From Eledone cirrhosa (lineage: Eukaryota): a stretch of 64,000 nucleotides of DNA. The stretch lies in NCBI GenBank assembly GCA_964016885.1, contig OZ024742.1, forward strand, positions 67,642,001-67,706,000. Reading direction: 5' to 3'. Within the stretch, counting starts at the first letter, position 1; each line of letters opens with the position of its first letter. The notes beneath the pieces are model-generated. The model ran no database searches and was not told where the DNA came from. It worked only from the letters and a program-made list of their open reading frames with translations. A program made the translations under genes and the position numbers. Shown piece after piece: positions 40,801 to 55,800 of the stretch.

Positions 40801-43800
40801 AACACAGAATCGCAGTGGTAAATATATGTATTAAAATATAGAGGAAAATACTGCAGGTAGCACATGGATAACATGTAATAAAATAAGTCCCTCATCAGTG
40901 ATTTGCCGAAGATCATAGATATTTCATTGCATTAAAAATCATATATCTCACATCGGTGCAATAATAACCAAAATAAGTTATTAAGACAATTAAAACGCGT
41001 AAAGCAAGTGAGACAGGAGAACAACCGAAAGTATAGCATACCGTAGGGGACAGAAACAAGCTTCAAAAATTATTCTGTTTAGCATAAGCTAGGTGAATAT
41101 ATGAGCGCTTAGAGAATAGAACCTACACGAACGAGGGCTATGAGCAGAGAGAGAAAAATATAGCGTTCGTGAGTGCAGGATGAAATGAAGAGAAGAGGGA
41201 GAAAAACAGTGAGTGAGTGAAAGTGTGAGGAAGAGTTAACGGACAAGACAGAGGGGGAGAAACAGAGAGAATGGGGGAACAGTAAGAGAGAGAGAATAAA
41301 ACACAGAATCGCAGTGGTAAATATATGTATTAAAATATAGAGAAAAATACTGCAGGTAGCACATGGATAACATGAAATAAAATAAGTCCCTCATCAGTGA
41401 TTTGCCGAAGATCATAGATATTTCATTGCATTAAATATCATATATCTCACTTCGGTGCAATAATAACCAAAATAAGTTATTAGGACAATTAAAACGCGTA
41501 AAGCGAGTGAGACAGGAGAACAACCGAAAGTATAGCATACCGTAGGGGACAGAAACAAGCTTCAAAAATTATTCTGTTTAGCATAAGCTAGGTGAATATA
41601 TGAGCGCTTAGAGAATAGAACCTACACGAACGAGGGCTATGAGCAGAGAGAGAAAAATATAGCGTTCGTGAGTGCAGGATGAAATTAAGAGAAGAGGGAG
41701 AAAAACAGTGAGTGAGTGAAAGTGTGAGGAAGAGTTAATGGACAAGACAGAGGGGGAGAAACAGAGAGAATGGGGGAACAGTAAGAGAGAAAGAAAAAAA
41801 CACAGAATCGCAGTGGTAAATATATGTATTAAAATATAGAGGAAAATACTGCAGGTAGCACATGGATAACATGTAATAAAATAAGTCCCTCATCAGTGAT
41901 TTGCCGAAGATCATAGATATTTCATTGCATTAAAAATCATATATCTCACTTCGGTGCAATAATAACCAAAATAAGTTATTAAGGACAATTAAAACGCGTA
42001 AAGCGAGTGAGACAGGAGAACAACCGAAAGTATAGCATACCGTAGGGGACAGAAACAAACTTCAAAAATTATTCTGTTTAGCATAAGCTAGGTGAATATA
42101 TGAGCGCTTAGAGAATAGAACCTACACGAACGAGGGCTATGAGCAGAGAGAGAAAAATATAGCGTTCGTGAGTGCAGGATGAAATAAAGAGAAGAGGGAG
42201 AAAAACAGTGAGTGAGTGAAAGTGTGAGGAAGAGTTAATGGACAAGACAGAGGGGGAGAAACAGAGAGAATGGGGGAACAGTAAGATGGAGAGAAAAAAA
42301 CACAGAATCGCAGTGGTAGATATATGTATTAAAATATAGAGAAAAATACTGCAGGTAGCACATGGATAACATGTAATAAAATAAGTCCCTCATCAGTGAT
42401 TTGCCGAAGATCATAGATATTTCATTGCATTAAAAATCATATATCTCACTTCGGTGCAATAATAACCAAAATAAGTTATTAGGACAATTAAAACGCGTAA
42501 AGCGAGTGAGACAGGAGAACAACCGAAAGTATAGCATACCGTAGGGGACAGAAACAAGCTTCAAAAATGATTCTGTTTAGCATAAGCTAGGTGAATATAT
42601 GAGCGCTTAGAGAATAGAACCTACACGAACGAGGGCTATGAGCAGAGAGAGAAAAATATAGCGTTCGTGAGTGCAGGATGAAATGAAGAGAAGAGGGAGA
42701 AAAACAGTGAGTGAGTGAAAGTGCGAGGAAGAGTTAATGGACAAGACAGAGGGGGAGAAACAGAGAGAATGGGGGACAGTAAGAGAGAGAGAGAAAAACA
42801 CAGAATCGCAGTGGTAGATGTATGTATTAAAATATAGAGAAAAATACTGCAGGTAGCACATGGATAACATGTAATAAAATAAGTCCCTCATCAGTGATTT
42901 GCCGAAGATCATAGATATTTCATTGCATTAAAAATCATATATCTCACTTCGGTGCAATAATAACCAAAATAAGTTATTAAGACAATTAAAACGCGTAAAG
43001 CGAGTGAGACAGGAGAACAACCGAAAGTATAGCATACCGTAGGGGACAGAAACAAGCTTCAAAAATTATTCTGTTTAGCATAAGCTAGGTGAATATATGA
43101 GCGCTTAGAGAATATAACCTACACGAACGAGGGCTATGAGCAGAGAGAGAAAAATATAGCGTTCGTGAGTGCAGGATGAAATGAAGAGAAGAGGGAGAAA
43201 AACAGTGAGTGAGTGAAAGTGTGAGGAAGAGTTAACGGACAAGACAGAGGGGGAGAAACAGAGAGAATGGGGGAACAGTAACAGAGAGAGAAAAAACACA
43301 GAATCGCAGTGGTAAATATATGTATTAAAATATAGAGAAAAATACTGCAGGTAGCACATGGATAACATGTAATAAAATAAGTCCCTCATCAGTGATTTGC
43401 CGAAGATCATAGATATTTCATTGCATTAAAAATCATATATCTCACTTCGGTGCAATAATAACCAAAATAAGTTATTAGGACAATTAAAACGCGTAAAGCG
43501 AGTGAGACAGGAGAACAACCGAAAGTATAGCATACCGTAGGGGACAGAAACAAGCTTCAAAAATTATTCTGTTTAGCATAAGCTAGGTGAATATATGAGC
43601 GCTTAGAGAATAGAACCTACACGAACGAGGGCTATGAGCAGAGAGAGAAAAATATAGCGTTCGTGAGTGCAGGATGAAATTAAGAGAAGAGGGAGAAAAA
43701 CAGTGAGTGAGTGAAAGTGTGAGGAAGAGTTAATGGACAAGACAGAGAGGGAGAAACAGAGAGAATGGGGGAACAGTAAGAGAGAAAGAAAAAAACACAG

Positions 43801-46800
43801 AATCGCAGTGGTAAATATATGTATTAAAATATAGAGGAAAATACTGCAGGTAGCACATGGATAACATGTAATAAAATAAGTCCCTCATCAGTGATTTGCC
43901 GAAGATCATAGATATTTCATTGCATTAAAAATCATATATCTCACATCGGTGCAATAATAACCAAAATAAGTTATTAAGACAATTAAAACGCGTAAAGCGA
44001 GTGAGACAGGAGAACAACCGAAAGTATAGCATACCGTAGGGGACAGAAACAAGCTTCAAAAATTATTCTGTTTAGCATAAGCTAGGTGAATATATGAGCG
44101 CTTAGAGAATAGAACCTACACGAACGAGGGCTATGAGCAGAGAGAGAAAAATATAGCGTTCGTGAGTGCAGGATGAAATGAAGAGAAGAGGGAGAAAAAC
44201 AGTGAGTGAGTGAAAGTGTGAGGAAGAGTTAACGGACAAGACAGAGGGGGAGAAACAGAGAGAATGGGGGAACAGTAAGAGAGAGAGAATAAAACACAGA
44301 ATCGCAGTGGTAAATATATGTATTAAAATATAGAGAAAAATACTGCAGGTAGCACATGGATAACATGAAATAAAATAAGTCCCTCATCAGTGATTTGCCG
44401 AAGATCATAGATATTTCATTGCATTAAATATCATATATCTCACTTCGGTGCAATAATAACCAAAATAAGTTATTAGGACAATTAAAACGCGTAAAGCGAG
44501 TGAGACAGGAGAACAACCGAAAGTATAGCATACCGTAGGGGACAGAAACAAGCTTCAAAAATTATTCTGTTTAGCATAAGCTAGGTGAATATATGAGCGC
44601 TTAGAGAATAGAACCTACACGAACGAGGGCTATGAGCAGAGAGAGAAAAATATAGCGTTCGTGAGTGCAGGATGAAATTAAGAGAAGAGGGAGAAAAACA
44701 GTGAGTGAGTGAAAGTGTGAGGAAGAGTTAATGGACAAGACAGAGGGGGAGAAACAGAGAGAATGGGGGAACAGTAAGAAAGAAAGAAAAAAACACAGAA
44801 TCGCAGTGGTAAATATATGTATTAAAATATAGAGGAAAATACTGCAGGTAGCACATGGATAACATGTAATAAAATAAGTCCCTCATCAGTGATTTGCCGA
44901 AGATCATAGATATTTCATTGCATTAAAAATCATATATCTCACTTCGGTGCAATAATAACCAAAATAAGTTATTAAGGACAATTAAAACGCGTAAAGCGAG
45001 TGAGACAGGAGAACAACCGAAAGTATAGCATACCGTAGGGGACAGAAACAAACTTCAAAAATTATTCTGTTTAGCATAAGCTAGGTGAATATATGAGCGC
45101 TTAGAGAATAGAACCTACACGAACGAGGGCTATGAGCAGAGAGAGAAAAATATAGCGTTCGTGAGTGCAGGATGAAATAAAGAGAAGAGGGAGAAAAACA
45201 GTGAGTGAGTGAAAGTGTGAGGAAGAGTTAATGGACAAGACAGAGGGGGAGAAACAGAGAGAATGGGGGAACAGTAAGATGGAGACAAAAAACACAGAAT
45301 CGCAGTGGTAGATATATGTATTAAAATATAGAGAAAAATACTGCAGGTAGCACATGGATAACATGTAATAAAATAAGTCCCTCATCAGTGATTTGCCGAA
45401 GATCATAGATATTTCATTGCATTAAAAATCATATATCTCACTTCGGTGCAATAATAACCAAAATAAGTTATTAGGACAATTAAAACGCGTAAAGCGAGTG
45501 AGACAGGAGAACAACCGAAAGTATAGCATACCGTAGGGGACAGAAACAAGCTTCAAAAATTATTCTGTTTAGCATAAGCTAGGTGAATATATGAGCGCTT
45601 GAGAATAGAACCTACACGAACGAGGGCTATGAGCAGAGAGAGAAAAATATAGCGTTCGTGAGTGCAGGATGAAATGAAGAGAAGAGGGAGAAAAACAGTG
45701 AGTGAGTGAAAGTGTGAGGAAGAGTTAACGGACAAGAGAGAGGGGGAGAAACAGAGAGAATGGGGGAACAGTAAGAGAGAGAGAAAAAAACACAGAATCG
45801 CAGTGGTAAATATATGTATTAAAATATAGAGAAAAATACTGCAGGTAGCACATGGATAACATGTAATAAAATAAGTCCCTCATCAGTGATTTGCCGAAGA
45901 TCATAGATATTTCATTGCATTAAAAATCATATATCTCACTTCGGTGCAATAATAACCAAAATAAGTTATTAGGACAATTAAAACGCGTAAAGCGAGTGAG
46001 ACAGGAGAACAACCGAAAGTATAGCATACCGTAGTGGACAGAAACAAGCTTCAAAAATTATTCTGTTTAGCATGAGCTAGGTGAATATATGAGCGCTTAG
46101 AGAATAGAACCTACACGAACGAGGGCTATGAGCAGAGAGAGAAAAATATAGCGTTCGTGAGTGCAGGATGAAATTATGAGAAGAGGGAGAAAAACAGTGA
46201 GTGAGTGAAAGTGTGAGGAAGAGTTAACGGACAAGACAGAGGGGGAGAAACAGAGAGAATGGGGGAACAGTAAGAGAGAGTGAAAAAACACAGAATCGCA
46301 GTGGTAAATATATGTATTAAAATATAGAGAAAAATACTGCAGGTAGCACATGGATAACATGTAATAAAATAAGTCCCTCATCAGTGATTTGCCGAAGATC
46401 ATAGATATTTCATTGCATTAAAAATCATATATCTCACTTCGGTGCAATAATAACCAAAATAAGTTATTAGGACAATTAAAACGCGTAAAGCGAGTGAGAC
46501 AGGAGAACAACCGAAAGTATAGCATACCGTAGGGGACAGAAACAAGCTTCAAAAATGATTCTGTTTAGCATAAGCTAGGTGAATATATGAGCGCTTAGAG
46601 AATAGAACCTACACGAACGAGGGCTATGAGCAGAGAGAGAAAAATATAGCGTTCGTGAGTGCAGGATGAAATTAAGAGAAGAGGGAGAAAAACAGTGAGT
46701 GAGTGAAGGTGTGAGGAAGAGTTAATGGACAGGACAGAGGGGGAGAAACAGAGAGAATGGGGGAACAGTAAGAGAGAAAGAAAAAAACACAGAATCGCAG

Positions 46801-49800
46801 TGGTAAATATATGTATTAAAATATAGAGGAAAATACTGCAGGTAGCACATGGATAACATGTAATAAAATAAGTCCCTCATCAGTGATTTGCCGAAGATCA
46901 TAGATATTTCATTGCATTAAAAATCATATATCTCACTTCGGTGCAATAATAACCAAAATAAGTTATTAGGACAATTAAAACGCGTAAAGCGAGTGAGACA
47001 GGAGAACAACCGAAAGTATAGCATACCGTAGGGGACAGAAACAAGCTTCAAAAATGATTCTGTTTAGCATAAGCTAGGTGAATATATGAGCGCTTAGAGA
47101 ATAGAACCTACACGAACGAGGGCTATGAGCAGAGAGAGAAAAATATAGCGTTCGTGAGTGCAGGATGAAATGAAGAGAAGAGGGAGAAAAACAGTGAGTG
47201 AGTGAAAGTGTGAGGAAGAGTTAACGGACAAGACAGAGGGGGAGAAACAGAGAGAATGGGGGAACAGTAAGAGAGAGAGAAAAAACACAGAATCGCAGTG
47301 GTAAATATATGTATTAAAATATAGAGAAAAATACTGCAGGTAGCACATGGATAACATGTAATAAAATAAGTCCCTCATCAGTGATTTGCCGAAGATCATA
47401 GATATTTCATTGCATTAAAAATCATATATCTCACTTCGGTGCAATAATAACCAAAATAAGTTATTAAGGACAATTAAAACGCGTAAAGCGAGTGAGACAG
47501 GAGAACAACCGAAAGTATAGCATACCGTAGGGGACAGAAACAAACTTCAAAAATTATTCTGTTTAGCATAAGCTAGGTGAATATATGAGCGCTTAGAGAA
47601 TAGAACCTACACGAACGAGGGCTATGAGCAGAGAGAGAAAAATATAGCGTTCGTGAGTGCAGGATGAAATAAAGAGAAGAGGGAGAAAAACAGTGAGTGA
47701 GTGAAAGTGTGAGGAAGAGTTAATGGACAAGACAGAGGGGGAGAAGCAGAGAGAATGGGGGAACAGTAAGATGGAGAGAAAAAAACACAGAATCGCAGTG
47801 GTAGATATATGTATTAAAATATAGAGAAAAATACTGCAGGTAGCACATGGATAACATGTAATAAAATAAGTCCCTCATCAGTGATTTGCCGAAGATCATA
47901 GATATTTCATTGCATTAAAAATCATATATCTCACTTCGGTGCAATAATAACCAAAATAAGTTATTAGGACAATTAAAACGCGTAAAGCGAGTGAGACAGG
48001 AGAACAACCGAAAGTATAGCATACCGTAGGGGACAGAAACAAGCTTCAAAAATTATTCTGTTTAGCATAAGCTAGGTGAATATATGAGCGCTTGAGAATA
48101 GAACCTACACGAACGAGGGCTATGAGCAGAGAGAGAAAAATATAGCGTTCGTGAGTGCAGGATGAAATGAAGAGAAGAGGGAGAAAAACAGTGAGTGAGT
48201 GAAAGTGTGAGGAAGAGTTAACGGACAAGAGAGAGGGGGAGAAACAGAGAGAATGGGGGAACAGTAAGAGAGAGAGAAAAAAACACAGAATCGCAGTGGT
48301 AAATATATGTATTAAAATATAGAGAAAAATACTGCAGGTAGCACATGGATAACATGTAATAAAATAAGTCCCTCATCAGTGATTTGCCGAAGATCATAGA
48401 TATTTCATTGCATTAAAAATCATATATCTCACTTCGGTGCAATAATAACCAAAATAAGTTATTAGGACAATTAAAACGCGTAAAGCGAGTGAGACAGGAG
48501 AACAACCGAAAGTATAGCATACCGTAGGGGACAGAAACAAGCTTCAAAAATTATTCTGTTTAGCATGAGCTAGGTGAATATATGAGCGCTTAGAGAATAG
48601 AACCTACACGAACGAGGGCTATGAGCAGAGAGAGAAAAATATAGCGTTCGTGAGTGCAGGATGAAATGAAGAGAAGAGGGAGAAAAACAGTGAGTGAGTG
48701 AAAGTGTGAGGAAGAGTTAACGGACAAGACAGAGGGGGAGAAACAGAGAGAATGGGGGAACAGTAAGAGAGAGTGAAAAAACACAGAATCGCAGTGGTAA
48801 ATATATGTATTAAAATATAGAGAAAAATACTGCAGGTAGCACATGGATAACATGTAATAAAATAAGTCCCTCATCAGTGATTTGCCGAAGATCATAGATA
48901 TTTCATTGCATTAAAAATCATATATCTCACTTCGGTGCAATAATAACCAAAATAAGTAATTAGGACAATTAAAACGCGTAAAGCGAGTGAGACAGGAGAA
49001 CAACCGAAAGTATAGCATACCGTAGGGGACAGAAACAAGCTTCAAAAATTATGCTGTTTAGCATGAGCTAGGTGAATATATGAGCGCTTAGAGAATAGAA
49101 CCTACACGAACGAGGGCTATGAGCAGAGAGAGAAAAATATAGCGTTCGTGAGTGCAGGATGAAATGAAGAGAAGAGGGAGAAAAACAGTGAGTGAGTGAA
49201 AGTGTGAGGAAGAGTTAACGGACAAGACAGAGGGGGAGAAACAGAGAGAATGGGGGAACAGTAAGAGAGAGTGAAAAAACACAGAATCGCAGTGGTAAAT
49301 ATATGTATTAAAATATAGAGAAAAATACTGCAGGTAGCACATGGATAACATGTAATAAAATAAGTCCCTCATCAGTGATTTGCCGAAGATCATAGATATT
49401 TCATTGCATTAAAAATCATATATCTCACTTCGGTGCAATAATAACCAAAATAAGTTATTAGGACAATTAAAACGCGTAAAGCGAGTGAGACAGGAGAACA
49501 ACCGAAAGTATAGCATACCGTAGGGGACAGAAACAAGCTTCAAAAATTATTCTGTTTAGCATAAGCTAGGTGAATATATGAGCGCTTAGAGAATAGAACC
49601 TACACGAACGAGGGCTATGAGCAGAGAGAGAAAAATATAGCGTTCGTGAGTGCAGGATGAAATTAAGAGAAGAGGGAGAAAAACAGTGAGTGAGTGAAAG
49701 TGTGAGGAAGAGTTAATGGACAGGACAGAGGGGGAGAAACAGAGAGAATGGGGGAACAGTAAGAGAGAAAGAAAAAAACACAGAATCGCAGTGGTAAATA

Positions 49801-52800
49801 TATGTATTAAAATATAGAGGAAAATACTGCAGGTAGCACATGGATAACATGTAATAAAATAAGTCCCTCATCAGTGATTTGCCGAAGATCATAGATATTT
49901 CATTGCATTAAAAATCATATATCTCACTTCGGTGCAATAATAACCAAAATAAGTTATTAGGACAATTAAAACGCGTAAAGCGAGTGAGACAGGAGAACAA
50001 CCGAAAGTATAGCATACCGTAGGGGACAGAAACAAGCTTCAAAAATTATTCTGTTTAGCATAAGCTAGGTGAATATATGAGCGCTTAGAGAATAGAACCT
50101 ACACGAACGAGGGCTATGAGCAGAGAGAGAAAAATATAGCGTTCGTGAGTGCAGGATGAAATGAAGAGAAGAGGGAGAAAAACAGTGAGTGAATGAAAGT
50201 GTGAGGAAGAGTTAATGGACAACACAGAGGGGGAGAAACAGAGAGAATGGGGGAACAGTAAGATGGAGAGAAAAAAACACAGAATCGCAGTGGTAGATAT
50301 ATGTATTAAAATATAGAGAAAAATACTGCAGGTAGCACATGGATAACATGTAATAAAATAAGTCCCTCATCAGTGATTTGCCGAAGATCATAGATATTTC
50401 ATTGCATTAAAAATCATATATCTCACTTCGGTGCAATAATAACCAAAACAAGTTATTAGGAAAATTAAAACGCGTAAAGCGAGTGAGACAGGAGAACAAC
50501 CGAAAGTATAGCATACCGTAGGGGACAGAAACAAGCTTCAAAAATTATTCTGTTTAGCATAAGCTAGGTGAATATATGAGCGCTTAGAGAATAGAACCTA
50601 CACGAACGAGGGCTATGAGCAGAGAGAGAAAAATATAGCGTTCGTGAGTGCAGGATGAAATGAAGATAAGAGGGAGAAAAACAGTGAGTGAGTGAAAGTG
50701 TGAGGAAGAGTTAACGGACAAGAGAGAGGGAGGGAAACAGAGAGAATGGGGGAACAGTAAGAGAGAGAGAAAAAACACAGAATCGCAGTGGTAAATATAT
50801 GTATTAAAATATAGAGAAAAATACTGCAGGTAGCACATGGATAACATGTAATAAAATAAGTCCCTCATCAGTGATTTGCCGAAGATCATAGATATTTCAT
50901 TGCATTAAAAATCATATATCTCACTTCGGTGCAATAATAACCAAAATAAGTTATTAGGACAATTAAAACGCGTAAAGCGAGTGAGACAGGAGAACAACCG
51001 AAAGTATAGCATACCGTAGGGGACAGAAACAAGCTTCAAAAATTATTCTGTTTAGCATAAGCTAGGTGAATATATGAGCGCTTAGAGAATAGAACCTACA
51101 CGAACGAGGGCTATGAGCAGAGAGAGAAAAATATAGCGTTCGTGAGTGTAGGATGAAATTAAGAGAAGAGGGAGAAAAACAGTGAGTGAGTGAAAGTGTG
51201 AGCAAGAGTTAATGGACAAGACAGAGAGGGAGAAACAGAGAGAATGGGGGAACAGTAAGAGAGAAAGAAAAAAACACAGAATCGCAGTGGTATATATATG
51301 TATTAAAATATAGAGGAAAATACTGCAGGTAGCACATGGATAACATGTAATAAAATAAGTCCCTCATCAGTGATTTGCCGAAGATCATAGATATTTCATT
51401 GCATTAAAAATCATATATCTCACTTCGGTGCAATAATAACCAAAATAAGTTATTAGGACAATTAAAACGCGTAAAGCGAGTGAGACAGGAGAACAACCGA
51501 AAGTATAGCATACCGTAGGGGACAGAAACAAGCTTTAAAAATTATTCTGTTTAGCATAAGCTAGGTGAATATATGAGCGCTTAGAGAATAGAACCTACAC
51601 GAACGAGGGCTATGAGCAGAGAGAGAAAAATATAGCGTTCGTGAGTGCAGGATGAAATGAAGAGAAGAGGGAGAAAAACAGTGAGTGAGTGAAAGTGTGA
51701 GGAAGAGTTAACGGACGAGAGAGGGGGAGAAACAGAGAGAATGGGGGAACAGTAAGAGAGAGAGAAAAAAACACAGAATCGCAGTGGTAAATATATGTAT
51801 TAAAATATAGAGAAAAATACTGCAGGTAGCACATGGATAACATGTAATAAAATAAGTCCCTGATCAGTGGTTTGCCGAAGATCATAGATATTTCATTGCA
51901 TTAAAAATCATATATCTCACTTCGGTGCAATAATAACCAAAATAAGTTATTAGGACAATTAAAACGCCTAAAGCGAGTGAGACAGGAGAACAACCGAAAG
52001 TATAGCATACCATAGGGGACAGAAACAAGCTTCAAAAATTATTCTGTTTAGCATGAGCTAGGTGAATATATGAGCGCTTAGAGAATAGAACCTACACGAA
52101 CGAGGGCTATGAGCAGAGAGAGAAAAATATAGCGTTCGTGAGTGCAGGATGAAATTAAGAGAAGAGGGAGAAAAACAGTGAGTGAGTGAAAGTGTGAGCA
52201 AGAGTTAATGGACAAGACAGAGAGGGAGAAACAGAGAGAATGGGGGAACAGTAAGAGAGAAAGAAAAAAACACAGAATCGCAGTGGTATATATATGTATT
52301 AAAATATAGAGGAAAATACTGCAGGTAGCACATGGATAACATGTAATAAAATAAGTCCCTCATCAGTGATTTGCCGAAGATCATAGATATTTCATTGCAT
52401 TAAAAATCATATATCTCACTTCGGTGCAATAATAACCAAAATAAGTTATTAGGACAATTAAAACGCGTAAAGCGAGTGAGACAGGAGAACAACCGAAAGT
52501 ATAGCATACCGTAGGGGACAGAAACAAGCTTCAAAAATTATTCTGTTTAGCATAAGCTAGGTGAATATATGAGCGCTTAGAGAATATAACCTACACGAAC
52601 GAGGGCTATGAGCAGAGAGAGAAAAATATAGCGTTCGTGAGTGCAGGATGAAATGAAGAGAAGAGGGAGAAAAACAGTGAGTGAGTGAAAGTGTGAGGAA
52701 GAGTTAACGGACAAGAGAGAGGGGGAGAAACAGAGAGAATGGGGGAACAGTAAGAGAGAGAGAAAAAAACACAGAATCGCAGTGGTAAATATATGTATTA

Positions 52801-55800
52801 AAATATAGAGAAAAATACTGCAGGTAGCACATGGATAACATGTAATAAAATAAGTCCCTCATCAGTGATTTGCCGAAGATCATAGATATTTCATTGCATT
52901 AAAAATCATATATCTCACTTCGGTGCAATAATAACCAATATAAGTTATTAGGACAATTAAAGCGCGTAACGCGAGTGAGACAGGAGAACAACCGAAAGTA
53001 TAGCATACCGTAGGGGACAGAAACAAGCTTCAAAAATTATTCTGCTTAGCATGAGCTAGGTGAATATATGAGCGCTTAGAGAATAGAACCTACACGAACG
53101 AGGGCTATGAGCAGAGAGAGAAAAATATAGCGTTCGTGAGTGCAGGATGAAATGAAGAGAAGAGGGAGAAAAACAGTGAGTGAGTGAAAGTGTGAGGAAG
53201 AGTTAACGGACAAGACAGAGGGGGAGAAACAGAGAGAATGGGGGAACAGTAAGAGAGAGAGAAAAAAACACAGAATCGCAGTGGTAAATATATGTATTAA
53301 AATATAGAGAAAAATACTGCAGGTAGCACATGGATAACATGTAATAAAATAAGTCCCTCATCAGTGATTTGCCGAAGATCATAGATATTTCATTGCATTA
53401 AAAATCATATATCTCACTTCGGTGCAATAATAACCAATATAAGTTATTAGGACAATTAAAGCGCGTAAAGCGAGTGAGACAGGAGAACAACCGAAAGTAT
53501 AGCATACCGTAGGGGACAGAAACAAGCTTCAAAAATTATTCTGCTTAGCATGAGCTAGGTGAATATATGAGCGCTTAGAGAATAGAACCTACACGAACGA
53601 GGGCTATGAGCAGAGAGAGAAAAATATAGCGTTCGTGAGTGCAGGATGAAATGAAGAGAAGAGGGAGAAAAACAGTGAGTGAGTGAAAGTGTGAGGAAGA
53701 GTTAACGGACAAGACAGAGGGGGAGAAACAGAGAGAATGGGGGAACAGTAAGAGAGAGAGAAAAAACACAGAATCGCAGTGGTAAATATATGTATTAAAA
53801 TATAGAGAAAAATACTGCAGGTAGCACATGGATAACATGTAATAAAATAAGTCCCTCATCAGTGATTTGCCGAAGATCATAGATATTTCATTGCATTAAA
53901 AATCATATATCTCACTTCGGTGCAATAATAACCAAAATAAGTTATTAGGACAATTAAAACGCGTAAAGCGAGTGAGACAGGAGAACAACCGAAAGTATAG
54001 CATACCGTAGGGGACAGAAACAAGCTTCAAAAATGATTCTGTTTAGCATAAGCTAGGTGAATATATGAGCGCTTAGAGAATAGAACCTACACGAACGAGG
54101 GCTATGAGCAGAGAGAGAAAAATATAGCGTTCGTGAGTGCAGGATGAAATGAAGAGAAGAGGGAGAAAAACAGTGAGTGAGTGAAAGTGCGAGGAAGAGT
54201 TAATGGACAAGACAGAGGGGGAGAAACAGAGAGAATGGGGGACAGTAAGAGAGAGAGAGAAAAACACAGAATCGCAGTGGTAGATATATGTATTAAAATA
54301 TAGAGAAAAATACTGCAGGTAGCACATGGATAACATGTAATAAAATAAGTCCCTCATCAGTGATTTGCCGAAGATCATAGATATTTCATTGCATTAAAAA
54401 TCATATATCTCACTTCGGTGCAATAATAACCAAAATAAGTTATTAGGACAATTAAAACGCGTAAAGCGAGTGAGACAGGAGAACAACCGAAAGTATAGCA
54501 TACCGTAGGGGACAGAAACAAGCTTCAAAAATTATTCTGTTTAGCATAAGCTAGGTGAATATATGAGCGCTTAGAGAATATAACCTACACGAACGAGGGC
54601 TATGAGCAGAGAGAGAAAAATATAGCGTTCGTGAGTGCAGGATGAAATGAAGAGAAGAGGGAGAAAAACAGTGAGTGAGTGAAAGTGTGAGGAAGAGTTA
54701 ACGGACAAGACAGAGGGGGAGAAACAGAGAGAATGGGGGAACAGTAACAGAGAGAGAAAAAACACAGAATCGCAGTGGTAAATATATGTATTAAAATATA
54801 GAGAAAAATACTGCAGGTAGCACATGGATAACATGTAATAAAATAAGTCCCTCATCAGTGATTTGCCGAAGATCATAGATATTTCATTGCATTAAAAATC
54901 ATATATCTCACGTCGGTGCAATAATAACCAAAATAAGTTATTAGGACAATTAAAACGCGTAAAGCGAGTGAGACAGGAGAACAACCGAAAGTATAGCATA
55001 CCGTAGGGGACAGAAACAAGCTTCAAAAATTATTCTGTTTAGCATAAGCTAGGTGAATATATGAGCGCTTAGAGAATAGAACCTACACGAACGAGGGCTA
55101 TGAGCAGAGAGAGAAAAATATAGCGTTCGTGAGTGCAGGATGAAATTAAGAGAAGGGGGAGAAAAACAGTGAGTGAGTGAAAGTGTGAGGAAGAGTTAAT
55201 GGACAAGACAGAGAGGGAGAAACAGAGAGAATGGGGGAACAGTAAGAGAGAAAGAAAAAAACACAGAATCGCAGTGGTAAATATATGTATTAAAATATAG
55301 AGGAAAATACTGCAGGTAGCACATGGATAACATGTAATAAAATAAGTCCCTCATCAGTGATTTGCCGAAGATCATAGATATTTCATTGCATTAAAAATCA
55401 TATATCTCACATCGGTGCAATAATAACCAAAATAAGTTATTAAGACAATTAAAACGCGTAAAGCGAGTGAGACAGGAGAACAACCGAAAGTATAGCATAC
55501 CGTAGGGGACAGAAACAAGCTTCAAAAATTATTCTGTTTAGCATAAGCTAGGTGAATATATGAGCGCTTAGAGAATAGAACCTACACGAACGAGGGCTAT
55601 GAGCAGAGAGAGAAAAATATAGCGTTCGTGAGTGCAGGATGAAATGAAGAGAAGAGGGAGAAAAACAGTGAGTGAGTGAAAGTGTGAGGAAGAGTTAACG
55701 GACAAGACAGAGGGGGAGAAACAGAGAGAATGGGGGAACAGTAAGAGAGAGAGAATAAAACACAGAATCGCAGTGGTAAATATATGTATTAAAATATAGA